A DNA stretch of 64,000 bases from an uncultured Gammaproteobacteria bacterium (lineage in GTDB: Bacteria; Patescibacteriota; Microgenomatia; UBA8517): NCBI GenBank assembly GCA_964645605.1, contig CAZYCE010000004.1, positions 3,934 to 67,933 of the forward strand, in the 5' to 3' direction. The notes under the pieces were generated by a model. The model worked only from the letters and a program-made list of their open reading frames with translations. It ran no database searches and was not told where the DNA came from. The position numbers were made by a program, and so were the translations under genes. Positions 1-8,690 of the stretch are shown here, one piece after another; the stretch's first letter is position 1, and the number at the start of each line of letters is the position of its first letter.

Positions 1-9
1 TTTAACACA

Positions 10-40
10 TCCCATTAGAGAGCTTGTGCCTCTAACGGGA
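10..40. repeat. Palindrome TCCCATTAGAG-N9-CTCTAACGGGA (REP-like or terminator of the 101..1066 gene)
   Basis: 11-bp inverted repeat with one mismatch that is G-U on the minus strand. Confidence 0.5.
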
Positions 41-100
41 CAAAGAAAAACCACTTATTACATCCTAAGGAGTGATCCATCAAATTTCCTAACAAAGGGA

Positions 101-1066
101 TTAAAGGCGGTTTCTAATGGTGATATTCCACTCTTCCCTATGCTTATCGACAAAATTATTAAACTTACCAAATTTTTGATATTTATGTAGTCTCCCCGTA
201 AGAAGTTCATTCACTAAATTTCTGGTTTCTTCGATTCTGCCTTCCAGCTCTTCCGGAGTATCTCCGATAATTCCTATGTAGTCACTAAATAGATGAAACA
301 TATCCCAGGTAACTATTCTTCTTACCAAAAATTTATAAAAACTGTCATTAGAATACTCGGTGCCTCTTCTGGCGATTGGCAAGCCGATTTTATCTCTCAA
401 CTCAAGTTTCTTCTTTTGATCCTCTATTTTTTCCTTTTCTTTGTGGTAACGGTAAAAACGGTCATTTAGTCTTCTACCGACATCCATAATCATTGCTTCC
501 GGATCCTTTTCGGATTTAAGTCTCGACTGATACTCACCCGATTGCCTATTCTGAAACAAATCCGGCTGGACAAAATACTCACCATCTTTCACGGTTTTCT
601 TTGAGTTTCTATGTTTTTTCAATTCGGTAGAAGTGTAAAGCGGATTTTTCTCTGAGTTTCCGCGTCTTAGGGCTATTTCATTCTCTCTGGCAAATATTTT
701 CTTTTCCAATTCGGGATCTTCAGCAACTTTTTTCTCAAATGAAGTAATTTTAGCTTTATACTCTTCACCTAAATCCTCAAATCTCACCCTGCCTAAACGA
801 ATAAGAGCCAAGACCTCTATGGGGCCACCATCCTCAGTTTTGACGGGTTTATCATCCGCCTTTTTGGAATAATTCTCCATCTCTCTATAAACATCATTTC
901 TGAAGTTTTCATTGTCTTCCATAAGTCCCCCGGGGCCATAAAAATTGAGAAACATTCGGTCATTTTCACCCAAATCCTCTTCTTTTATTTTTCCCAGAAG
1001 ACTTAAGGCCACAATTTGTGCGGGGTTTGGTTGGTTGCCCTCGCCCTGACGCTCAGGATTTGCCAT
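101..1066 (-). CDS. Hypothetical charged protein (orphan)
   Basis: Long ORF, Glu/Lys-rich, no recognised motif; ATG at 1066 preferred. Confidence 0.6.
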   Translation of the reverse strand: MANPERQGEGNQPNPAQIVALSLLGKIKEEDLGENDRMFLNFYGPGGLMEDNENFRNDVYREMENYSKKADDKPVKTEDGGPIEVLALIRLGRVRFEDLGEEYKAKITSFEKKVAEDPELEKKIFARENEIALRRGNSEKNPLYTSTELKKHRNSKKTVKDGEYFVQPDLFQNRQSGEYQSRLKSEKDPEAMIMDVGRRLNDRFYRYHKEKEKIEDQKKKLELRDKIGLPIARRGTEYSNDSFYKFLVRRIVTWDMFHLFSDYIGIIGDTPEELEGRIEETRNLVNELLTGRLHKYQKFGKFNNFVDKHREEWNITIRNRL

Positions 1067-1203
1067 ATTTTTCTTTCCTGCCCGTATTATAGCCAATTTT
1101 TAGGCTAATTCAATTTTTAAAACAAAAAACCGGAGATAACTACATCTTTTAAAAACAAAGATGAAGCTAGAGCTCCGGTATTTAGAAAAACTTATTTCAA
1201 AAA

Positions 1204-1614
1204 CTATGTATCAGGAGATAAATTCTCCCGAATTGTTAACACCTTATCGGCATATTGGTATCCAACCCCTGATGGTCCATATGCCATTAAGGCGTCCCTT
1301 TCGGATCCATATTTGCCAATTAATCCCGCAAGCATTTTACAGCCAAAATTGACATTAAACTCAGGATCTTTTAGTTCTTCTATACCCGGTCTTCCTGCAA
1401 AACAGGGTCCGTTAATACATTGAAAGGTGGATGCAATTCCATCTTTCGGCATCACTTGCATAAGCCCAACGGCACCTGCAGAGGAAATTACTTCAGGTTG
1501 TCCGCCGGATTCTACAAGTATCAGTGCAGAAACTAGGTATGGATCCAATTCGTATTTATTTGAATACGAATCTATAAGTCCACACCATGACAAAAGTTTC
1601 TCCGGAAGGTCCAT
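1204..1614 (-). CDS. Lytic transglycosylase (SLT domain); possibly the 3' part of a frameshifted gene starting at 2084
   Basis: Motifs ALILVESGG, SSAGAVGLMQVMP, DPEFNVNFG, ALMAY. Confidence 0.85.
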   Translation of the reverse strand: MDLPEKLLSWCGLIDSYSNKYELDPYLVSALILVESGGQPEVISSAGAVGLMQVMPKDGIASTFQCINGPCFAGRPGIEELKDPEFNVNFGCKMLAGLIGKYGSERDALMAYGPSGVGYQYADKVLTIRENLSPDT

Positions 1615-1676
1615 GGAACAACTTTCGGAAGGACTTCTCGCCTCAACCGATTCTTCAGTCTCTATGGCTGAGGCTC

Positions 1677-2084
1677 CTAAGGTAAAGGGGCTTTTGCTCC
1701 TATAACACCCGAGGCAATATAGGCCGTTTTTCCATCAATACGGGCAAATATTCCACCCACATTTTGCAGTGAGTCGTCATTCGTGAAACACGCCGGTACC
1801 GTAACAGTCTGTCCTGCCAAGGTGCCGTCACCGTAAGAAACAATTGCCTCAATAATAAAAAATTGTTTAGATTCTGCCATGTTTGTCGCCATGGTATTCC
1901 TGACCAACACATACCCCTCTGGCGCCTTACAAGTGATCTCTTTTGTATTAGCTTTAACAAATTGACTCAGGATGCCGATTGCCACCGCTCCTACAATTAA
2001 AGTGGTGATAAACAAACCCCTCCACTTACGGATGCTTGATACGACATCCCTTTCCCTTTCCCTTCCTGTCTCTCTTGAACCCAT
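1677..2084 (-). CDS. Membrane-anchored hypothetical protein (possible N-terminal half of the SLT gene)
   Basis: N-terminal hydrophobic helix; AGGAGG SD upstream; promoter at 2171..2199. Confidence 0.6.
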   Translation of the reverse strand: MGSRETGRERERDVVSSIRKWRGLFITTLIVGAVAIGILSQFVKANTKEITCKAPEGYVLVRNTMATNMAESKQFFIIEAIVSYGDGTLAGQTVTVPACFTNDDSLQNVGGIFARIDGKTAYIASGVIGAKAPLP

Positions 2085-2170
2085 TTCGTCCTCCTTTTAG
2101 ACTTTTTTATAGTTTTTGAAAATTTAATGTGCTAAAACTCACATTCTAAGCGCACGCCTAGATGGGTGGA

Positions 2171-2199
2171 ATTCTAACACTATAGGGACCTTTAGTCAA
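2171..2199 (-). promoter_or_regulatory. Sigma70 promoter TTGACT-17-TAGAAT
   Basis: Near-consensus hexamers with 17-bp spacing upstream of the 2084 ORF. Confidence 0.6.
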
Positions 2200-2221
2200 C
2201 GTTATGGGATATGTTTTTTAA

Positions 2222-3244
2222 CTAACTGGCTACGGGGAACTGCACACAAAATTGACTGCCCTTACCAGGCTGACTTTTAACTTTTATCTCAACACCAAGC
2301 CTGTCTGCAACAGATTTGGCAATCGAAAGCCCTAGACCATAGCCTTCAACCGAGGATTTAGATCGGGCAGTGTCGGCTCTATAAAATCTGTCAAAAATGT
2401 GCGGCAGGTCCTTTTCCGCAATTCCGACTCCAAAATCACGGACTATAAAAGTTCCCTTCTTTGTTGTTGTAACTTCGATTTTTTTGGCCTTGCCCGAATA
2501 TTTAATTGCGTTCTCAACCAAAACACCCGTCAGCTCGGCTATGTATTCTTCATTACCTTTGATATCGACTTTTGAAAGTTTGGTTATAATTTTTATATTT
2601 TTCTGCGCTGCATACGGAGTTTTTTCCTTAACTACTTTGGAAATTACTGAGGCAAGATCCATTTTCTTTAGTTTTATATCCGCATCACCGCTTTCAAACC
2701 TGTGAAGTTTTAGTAGATAATTTGATAATTTTTGCATACTATTTACATCCTCTAGGTTGCTGGCAAGCAAAATTTTTGCATCTTTAACAGTCATTTTTTC
2801 ATCGCGAAGAGCCACCTCAATCTCGGTTTTCAGAGAAGTCAACGGAGTGCGAAGTTCATGGCTGGCATTGCTTATAAACTCCTTTTGTTCTTTGACCATT
2901 TTGGATATGGGATCGAGCGTCAGTCCCGCTAAAAAATATCCTCCAAGACCGGAAACAACCAATATCGCAAGATTCACAATAGCCAGAGAACAAACGATTC
3001 TTTTTCTTGCAAGCGCAAGGCTTTCAAGTCCTTGCGTTTCATTTCCCGGAGGGACAGGTAAACCTTGTTGTATTAGAAAAGTGTTAACCGAATCAACCCT
3101 CAGCTGGCGGATACGTTGGGCATTGTCAAAACGCATAAGCTCTTCGTTTGCGCCCATATAGACAGCCGCGGAAAATCCCAAACTTATGGTCATGATAATG
3201 ACCAAATACCAGCCGGTAAGTTTTAACCTGGCTTCTTCAAACAT
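2222..3244 (-). CDS. Two-component sensor histidine kinase
   Basis: Two TM helices, H-box ASHELRTPLT, N-box ENAIKY, FDRFYR, GYGLGLSI. Confidence 0.95.
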   Translation of the reverse strand: MFEEARLKLTGWYLVIIMTISLGFSAAVYMGANEELMRFDNAQRIRQLRVDSVNTFLIQQGLPVPPGNETQGLESLALARKRIVCSLAIVNLAILVVSGLGGYFLAGLTLDPISKMVKEQKEFISNASHELRTPLTSLKTEIEVALRDEKMTVKDAKILLASNLEDVNSMQKLSNYLLKLHRFESGDADIKLKKMDLASVISKVVKEKTPYAAQKNIKIITKLSKVDIKGNEEYIAELTGVLVENAIKYSGKAKKIEVTTTKKGTFIVRDFGVGIAEKDLPHIFDRFYRADTARSKSSVEGYGLGLSIAKSVADRLGVEIKVKSQPGKGSQFCVQFPVAS

Positions 3245-3246
3245 TT

Positions 3247-3900
3247 TTACCCCAATCTGTAGCCGAACCCTCGGATGGTTTTTATCAAACCTCCGCCAAT
3301 TTTATCACGAAGGTATCCCACAAAAACCTCAACGGTATTAGGCAAAATGTCCGATTCGTAATCCCACACGTGAGCGATAATATTCTCCTTGGAGACAACC
3401 CTACCCTGATTCCTCATTAAATATTCCAAAAGGGCAAATTCTTTCCTGGAAAGATCAATCACTCTCCCTGCCCTTTTTACCTCAAAAGTATTGGTGTTTA
3501 AAACAAGGTCTTTTACTTTAAGTTCGACGTCTTGGGTCTCTTTTGGTCTTCTGACCAAAGCCCTTACTCTGGCAAGAAGTTCTTCAAATGCGAAGGGTTT
3601 GACAAGATAGTCGTCAGCTCCGCTATTTAAGCCTTCAACCTTGTCGCTAACCTCTCCTCTGGCCGTAAGCATAAGAATCGGCACATGTTTTCCTTCCGCT
3701 CTTAATTTTTTACATATCTCCATGCCGTCCATCTTGGGAAGCATTAAATCAAGAACAATAGCGTCATAATCTTCAGAAGCTGCCAGATCGTATCCTTCCT
3801 CGCCGTCGTAGGCAACGTCAGTTGCCCAGGTCTCCTGTTCAAATCCCTTTTTTATTGAATTTGCAATCTTATGTTCATCCTCGATCACCAGTATTCTCAT
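3247..3900 (-). CDS. OmpR-family response regulator
   Basis: Receiver ILVIEDE..DLMLP..GADDYLVKPF plus winged HTH TIRGFGY. Confidence 0.95.
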   Translation of the reverse strand: MRILVIEDEHKIANSIKKGFEQETWATDVAYDGEEGYDLAASEDYDAIVLDLMLPKMDGMEICKKLRAEGKHVPILMLTARGEVSDKVEGLNSGADDYLVKPFAFEELLARVRALVRRPKETQDVELKVKDLVLNTNTFEVKRAGRVIDLSRKEFALLEYLMRNQGRVVSKENIIAHVWDYESDILPNTVEVFVGYLRDKIGGGLIKTIRGFGYRLG

Positions 3901-4015
3901 TACAAAGAATTATTATACTCCCACGCTTAAAATTTGCTGAGGGTCGTTTACATAGCGAATATATATTGTTAAATCAAGTGTTGATTTTATTCTATTTTTT
4001 CGGGATGATTCTAGT

Positions 4016-4339
4016 ATGACAAAGTACAAGGAATACTTCGACAAAATGGTTTCGGAAAACAAAGATGTTTTTGATAAATTCACCCAAGCACATTTTGAGT
4101 ATTCCATCGACCAGAATAAAAACCAGGAAGAATTTAATAAAATCGGCGAAGAAGTACTTAAAATAATCCACGAATGGGAAGACAGGCTTTGTAAACATTC
4201 CGAAAGCGCCGGATTCGGCAAATACACATCAAATTTGGCAGAAAAATTTCAGGCTGAAATCAAAAGTCACTTTCCTCTAATTGATCACGTAGGAATAGTC
4301 ATCGACAAATTTTCAATCAAAAAAATTAAGCTGCATTAA
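4016..4339 (+). CDS. Hypothetical protein
   Basis: 107-aa ORF with protein-like composition. Confidence 0.65.
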   Translation: MTKYKEYFDKMVSENKDVFDKFTQAHFEYSIDQNKNQEEFNKIGEEVLKIIHEWEDRLCKHSESAGFGKYTSNLAEKFQAEIKSHFPLIDHVGIVIDKFSIKKIKLH

Positions 4340-4361
4340 TACTCCGACAAATTTGTAAGTT

Positions 4362-5021
4362 TTAGAGTACCAGAAGAATAGACCCGATTATGACCAGTAT
4401 TCCGACTCCCGCGCCAACTATTGTCGGCCAACTGGTGCCTGAAACAGGAATGGGTGCCAGAGTTGCCGAAGGCGTCCCGGTGGGGGTAGCCGTTCCCAAA
4501 GACGGCGAGCCGGAAGGATTTGCTGTCGAGGTTGCCGTGGGGGTTGCGTCGGGGGTATCGGTAGGTGTTGGACTAACGTCCGGAGATTCTGTTGGGCTTG
4601 GGCTAGGCGTCGAGGTTGGGGTTGCTGTGGGAGAGGCACACAGGGTCACATCCGTCGTCCAAGCTGCTCCAAGTGATGGGCAACAATAAGTAGTGCCTCC
4701 ACAATCAGCGGTAGTCAATACATTAGCGATGGTCGAGCAGCTTATATCTTCGGGTGGTTCTCCATTTGCAACCGTGTTGCAACTTCGAAGAAGAGCCGAT
4801 TCCCCGGCTACAGGGCAAGCCTCAGCTGCAGGACAAACTAGGGCTTCCTCCGCTTTTTCTCTGATATCTTGTTGTTGTTTAACCAAATATACTCCTGCAG
4901 GGATACTTATTGCCAAAAACAAAACAATAAGCGCACTTATTATCAAACCGGTTTTACCTCCCTTTTTAGATTTAGTTGTAGTTACAACGCTAAAATTGCT
5001 TTGATTTGCCTGTTGTTCCAT
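4362..5021 (-). CDS. Surface protein: N-terminal TM, Cys-rich domain, Pro/Thr linker, IPVSG motif plus C-terminal TM
   Basis: Composition and domain layout read directly from the translation. Confidence 0.75.
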   Translation of the reverse strand: MEQQANQSNFSVVTTTKSKKGGKTGLIISALIVLFLAISIPAGVYLVKQQQDIREKAEEALVCPAAEACPVAGESALLRSCNTVANGEPPEDISCSTIANVLTTADCGGTTYCCPSLGAAWTTDVTLCASPTATPTSTPSPSPTESPDVSPTPTDTPDATPTATSTANPSGSPSLGTATPTGTPSATLAPIPVSGTSWPTIVGAGVGILVIIGSILLVL

Positions 5022-5038
5022 ATCTTAATATTATTATC

Positions 5039-5689
5039 TCACAATTGGTCTATGGCCGCCGGCGTAATTTCCGAAAACCCTTCAACCATAAGATCGGCTT
5101 TAGATAAAGAAGCTTTATCTTTTTCGCTTCCAAAAAGCGCAATTACTTTCATTCCTGCACGTTTGGCAGCGATAACTCCCGCAACGGAATCCTCAATTAT
5201 CAAGCATTTATCTCTGTCCACACCCAATTTATCAGCACTCAGCGTAAAAATGTCCGGATCCGGTTTGTTGTAAACAACCTCCTCGCAGGTAGTCACCGCA
5301 TCAAATACGCCCTGTAGATTGGTGGCACTTAAAATCCTATCGGTTTGTTCCCATGTGTTTGATGTCGCCAGTCCGATTTTTATTCCGCTTTTTTTAAGTT
5401 TATCTAAAAATTCATCAAATCCGGGTCTCACATTTACTTCACTTATCAACTTCAAATATTCTTTCTGTGTTTCGTCCGCGAGCATGAATGAATTTTTCTT
5501 CGTATTTATGGAGTATTTTTTGATAAAAATGTCCCAGTTTTCCTTTATACCGATTCCCCTTTCCTGAGGATACTCGGTTCTTGAATTTACCCCAAGGCTT
5601 CTTAAAACTGTATTAAAAGCCTTGCCGTACTCATCTTCGTCTTCCAAAACGGTACCATTTAAATCAAAGATAACGGCAGAGATTCGCAT
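5039..5689 (-). CDS. HAD-family phosphatase (beta-PGM-like)
   Basis: FDLNGT motif I, KPDPDIF, IEDS..GVIAAKRAGM. Confidence 0.9.
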   Translation of the reverse strand: MRISAVIFDLNGTVLEDEDEYGKAFNTVLRSLGVNSRTEYPQERGIGIKENWDIFIKKYSINTKKNSFMLADETQKEYLKLISEVNVRPGFDEFLDKLKKSGIKIGLATSNTWEQTDRILSATNLQGVFDAVTTCEEVVYNKPDPDIFTLSADKLGVDRDKCLIIEDSVAGVIAAKRAGMKVIALFGSEKDKASLSKADLMVEGFSEITPAAIDQL

Positions 5690-5692
5690 AGG

Positions 5693-7051
5693 CTATTTTA
5701 ACTGCTCATCATTAATATTAAAACCCCTGGAGATAATCCGGTCCCGGATTTTGTCGGCTTCTTCAAACTCCCCTTCTTTCCTCAACTGTTCCCTTTTTTG
5801 CATCAATTCCTGGATTTCGTTTGGAATTTGTAATTTTGAACTTGTGATTTCGGACAATTTTAGTCCGAGAATTTCGTCAAAGGTCGCAGCCAAATCATAT
5901 TTATCAGCTGAGGGAATATTACTTTTAAGCATTTTCCAAAGTACCGCCAAAGCTTTAGGGGTACCGAGATCGTCGCTTAATGCCCCTATAAACTCATTGC
6001 GGAATCCCTCGATTTTCTCTTCCTTTTCTTCAGACAACACGGTCCTACTGGTTTCACCTTTCAAGGAATTTACTTGGCTACGGAGCCTCTCCAAAGCGTT
6101 TTGCGCAGCTTGTAGGGAATCCCAGGTAAAATTTATCGTGTCGCGGTAGTGGGCACCCAGGAACAAATATCTGAGAGCTAAAGGATCATATCCTTTTTTA
6201 ACAATATCGTCTATGGTATAGAAATTGCCCAGACTTTTGCTCATCTTTCTACCGTCGACCATCAAAAAAGCCGTATGCAGCCAATATCTTACAAACGGCT
6301 TTTTGCCGGACGATGCTTCCATTTGGGCTATTTCAGCCTCGTGATGCGGAATTATAAGGTCAACTGCTCCTCCATGGATTTCGTATTGAGGCCCGAAAAA
6401 TGTCTCCGCAATCGCAGTGTCTTCGATATGCCATCCAGGCCTACCCTCTCCGATTTCAGTTTTCCATGACGGCTCATCGGGTTTTGAAAACTTCCATAAA
6501 CAAAAATCATTCCAACCCTTCTTTTGCTTGTTTTCATCTATCCGGGAAACCGAGTCGCCCTGTTTGAGTTCGGTTCTACCGGAAAGTTTTCCGTAGTCCG
6601 GAAACTTGGAAATTTCAAAATATATGCCGTCATCAGTAGTGTAGGCGTACCCTTTTTCGATTAGAATCTTAACTTGTTTGACAATCTGTTCTATATAGTC
6701 GGTTGCCCGCGCATATTCCGTAACGGAAGTATTATTGAGCCTCTGCATGTCCTCCATATAAAGTTTTTCGAACTTTTGAGATAGTTCTTTCCACCCGATA
6801 TTCGATTCCTTGGCGCGCGCCAGAATTTTATCGTCAATATCGGTGATGTTCTGAAGATAGAAAACATCAAAACCAACAAATCGCAGAAATCTGACCAAGA
6901 AGTCAAATTGTGTATAGGTTTTTGCGTGCCCGAGGTGGGAATAATCGTAAACCGTAGGTCCGCAAACAAAAAGATTAATCTTTTTGCTATTTATAGGTTC
7001 CAGCCTTTCTTTTTTTCTGCTTAGAGTGTTGGTTAAATAAATGTCAGTCAC
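5693..7051 (-). CDS. cysS: Cysteine--tRNA ligase
   Basis: CGPTVYD, HLGH, GRPGWHIE, KMSKSLGN. Confidence 0.97.
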   Translation of the reverse strand: MTDIYLTNTLSRKKERLEPINSKKINLFVCGPTVYDYSHLGHAKTYTQFDFLVRFLRFVGFDVFYLQNITDIDDKILARAKESNIGWKELSQKFEKLYMEDMQRLNNTSVTEYARATDYIEQIVKQVKILIEKGYAYTTDDGIYFEISKFPDYGKLSGRTELKQGDSVSRIDENKQKKGWNDFCLWKFSKPDEPSWKTEIGEGRPGWHIEDTAIAETFFGPQYEIHGGAVDLIIPHHEAEIAQMEASSGKKPFVRYWLHTAFLMVDGRKMSKSLGNFYTIDDIVKKGYDPLALRYLFLGAHYRDTINFTWDSLQAAQNALERLRSQVNSLKGETSRTVLSEEKEEKIEGFRNEFIGALSDDLGTPKALAVLWKMLKSNIPSADKYDLAATFDEILGLKLSEITSSKLQIPNEIQELMQKREQLRKEGEFEEADKIRDRIISRGFNINDEQLK

Positions 7052-7100
7052 GACCTAATTGTAAGACACTGAGCGTAAAATTCCAAATTATAAAATTTAA

Positions 7101-7182
7101 AGGGATGAAGCGAGGCGGGAGACCCTAACCCGAGCTTGTTGGCCAGCGGAATGGACTTACGGCTACCGAGTGGCAGGACCCT
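7101..7182 (+). repeat. Structured dispersed repeat, copy A (homologous to the insert in rnhB)
   Basis: Aligns end to end with the reverse complement of 38205..38296. Confidence 0.75.
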
Positions 7183-7188
7183 ATTGTT

Positions 7189-7707
7189 TTAACCTGACGG
7201 TGGAATTGGTTTTTCAACTCTTGTCTGTTGTTTTTCCGCCTCATGTTTCTGCCCTGCTCCAAACCGGCGGCTGGGTTTACTGTGAATAGCAGGCACATCA
7301 CCCACACCCTCACTATACTGAGCTTCCTGTTTTCGGATTTTGAAAGCTTCCATTTGCGCTTTTAGAACCTGCTTCTCGTCTATAGAAAGCCCAGGATAGT
7401 CTTCAAGCGGAATGTTTTCCCCGCCGGAGATTTTTTTCTGCAAATCTTCAAGCAAACCCTGCTTTCTTATATCTTCGATTTCTTTTTGAAGCGCTCCGTA
7501 TATTCTTTGAGACTTTGCCTCATCCTTTCGGACTTCCTGATCCTGAGGTCCAGGGATATCCTCCTGGGGTTTTACTGCTTCCGTTTGGCCCGATATCTGT
7601 TCACCTGTTTCTTTCAGTATTTCGAAAGGTTCCTCGGCAATCTGTTTAGCTATCGTCCGGGCCAGATCACCCGAGGTCTTACCGGCTTGTTTGGCAGGAT
7701 TATTCAT
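7189..7707 (-). CDS. Hypothetical protein
   Basis: 172-aa charged ORF downstream of recR. Confidence 0.65.
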   Translation of the reverse strand: MNNPAKQAGKTSGDLARTIAKQIAEEPFEILKETGEQISGQTEAVKPQEDIPGPQDQEVRKDEAKSQRIYGALQKEIEDIRKQGLLEDLQKKISGGENIPLEDYPGLSIDEKQVLKAQMEAFKIRKQEAQYSEGVGDVPAIHSKPSRRFGAGQKHEAEKQQTRVEKPIPPSG

Positions 7708-7747
7708 TTAATTTAAATTATTATCACGCACTAATACATCTTAAAAG

Positions 7748-8356
7748 TTATAATTCCCTACGTCCCTCTATTGCTTGAGTTAAAGTAGTCTCGTCAGCAT
7801 ATTCTAAATCGGCCCCCGTCGGAATCCCCATCCCGAGTCTGGTTACCCTCACCTCTTGTCTTTCACCTTTCAACCTTTTCGTAAGATACATTGCTGTTGC
7901 CTCTCCTTCCATTGTCGGATTTGTTGCAATTATTATTTCCCCGACATCATTTTTGCCCTTTTTCACCCGGTCCAGAAGATCCTGAATATAAATTTCATCC
8001 GGCCCGATATTTTCCAGAGGGTTAATGGCTCCGTGCAAAACATGATAAACACCTTTGAACTTGCCAGTTCTTTCAAAAGCCAGAACGTCCAGGGGTTCTT
8101 CAACCACCATAATAACCGAGTGATCTCGGGCCGTATCCGAGCAAATCGAGCAAGGGTCTGTTTCATTTACGTTTTTACAAACCGAGCAAAGAACCGTATC
8201 TTTTTTAAGTCTCGAAATATTCTCCGAAAAATCATCAAGCTGGACTTGGGGTACATGAAGCAGATAGTATGTCAGTCTTTGAGCCGATTTTGGTCCGACT
8301 CCGGGAAGTTTCTGAAAAGACTCGATCAAAGCTGCTATGGGACGGGCAATCTTCAT
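7748..8356 (-). CDS. recR: Recombination protein RecR
   Basis: LPGVGPKSAQRL, C4 zinc finger, Toprim ATNPTMEGEATA. Confidence 0.97.
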   Translation of the reverse strand: MKIARPIAALIESFQKLPGVGPKSAQRLTYYLLHVPQVQLDDFSENISRLKKDTVLCSVCKNVNETDPCSICSDTARDHSVIMVVEEPLDVLAFERTGKFKGVYHVLHGAINPLENIGPDEIYIQDLLDRVKKGKNDVGEIIIATNPTMEGEATAMYLTKRLKGERQEVRVTRLGMGIPTGADLEYADETTLTQAIEGRREL

Positions 8357-8406
8357 ACAAGCATTTTAGCAGAATAAACAGATAATCAAATAACCCAATT
8401 GAAGTT

Positions 8407-8685
8407 TTATTTGCCGAGGCCGCCCAAGAGACCGCCCAAACCCCCGCCCATTTCCATCATCTTTTTCGCGGAATCTTTTTGGACTTTCTTCATGGCTTCA
8501 TTAATCAGGTCCGTCAGTTCTTTCATATCTTCCTCACCGTTTTTAATATACCGGATTTTTTGGTCCCCGGTCACGGATACCGTAAAGCCATGCCTTTCTT
8601 CTGTCTCGATTATTTTCTCAAGCTCTTTCTGAAGCTCTTTTGCCTGGCGCTGCATATTTGCCATACCTTTCATTTTGTCAAACAT
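8407..8685 (-). CDS. ybaB: YbaB/EbfC nucleoid-associated protein
   Basis: Sequence pattern and dnaX-ybaB-recR synteny. Confidence 0.85.
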   Translation of the reverse strand: MFDKMKGMANMQRQAKELQKELEKIIETEERHGFTVSVTGDQKIRYIKNGEEDMKELTDLINEAMKKVQKDSAKKMMEMGGGLGGLLGGLGK

Positions 8686-8690
8686 ATTTT

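Noticed and set aside
7101-7182. SRP RNA, T-box or HDV-like ribozyme
   Set aside because: It lacks the SRP helix-8 GNRA motif and the T-box sequence. GCGGAAUGGAC resembles the HDV 3' end, but I found no P2 partner or nested pseudoknot.
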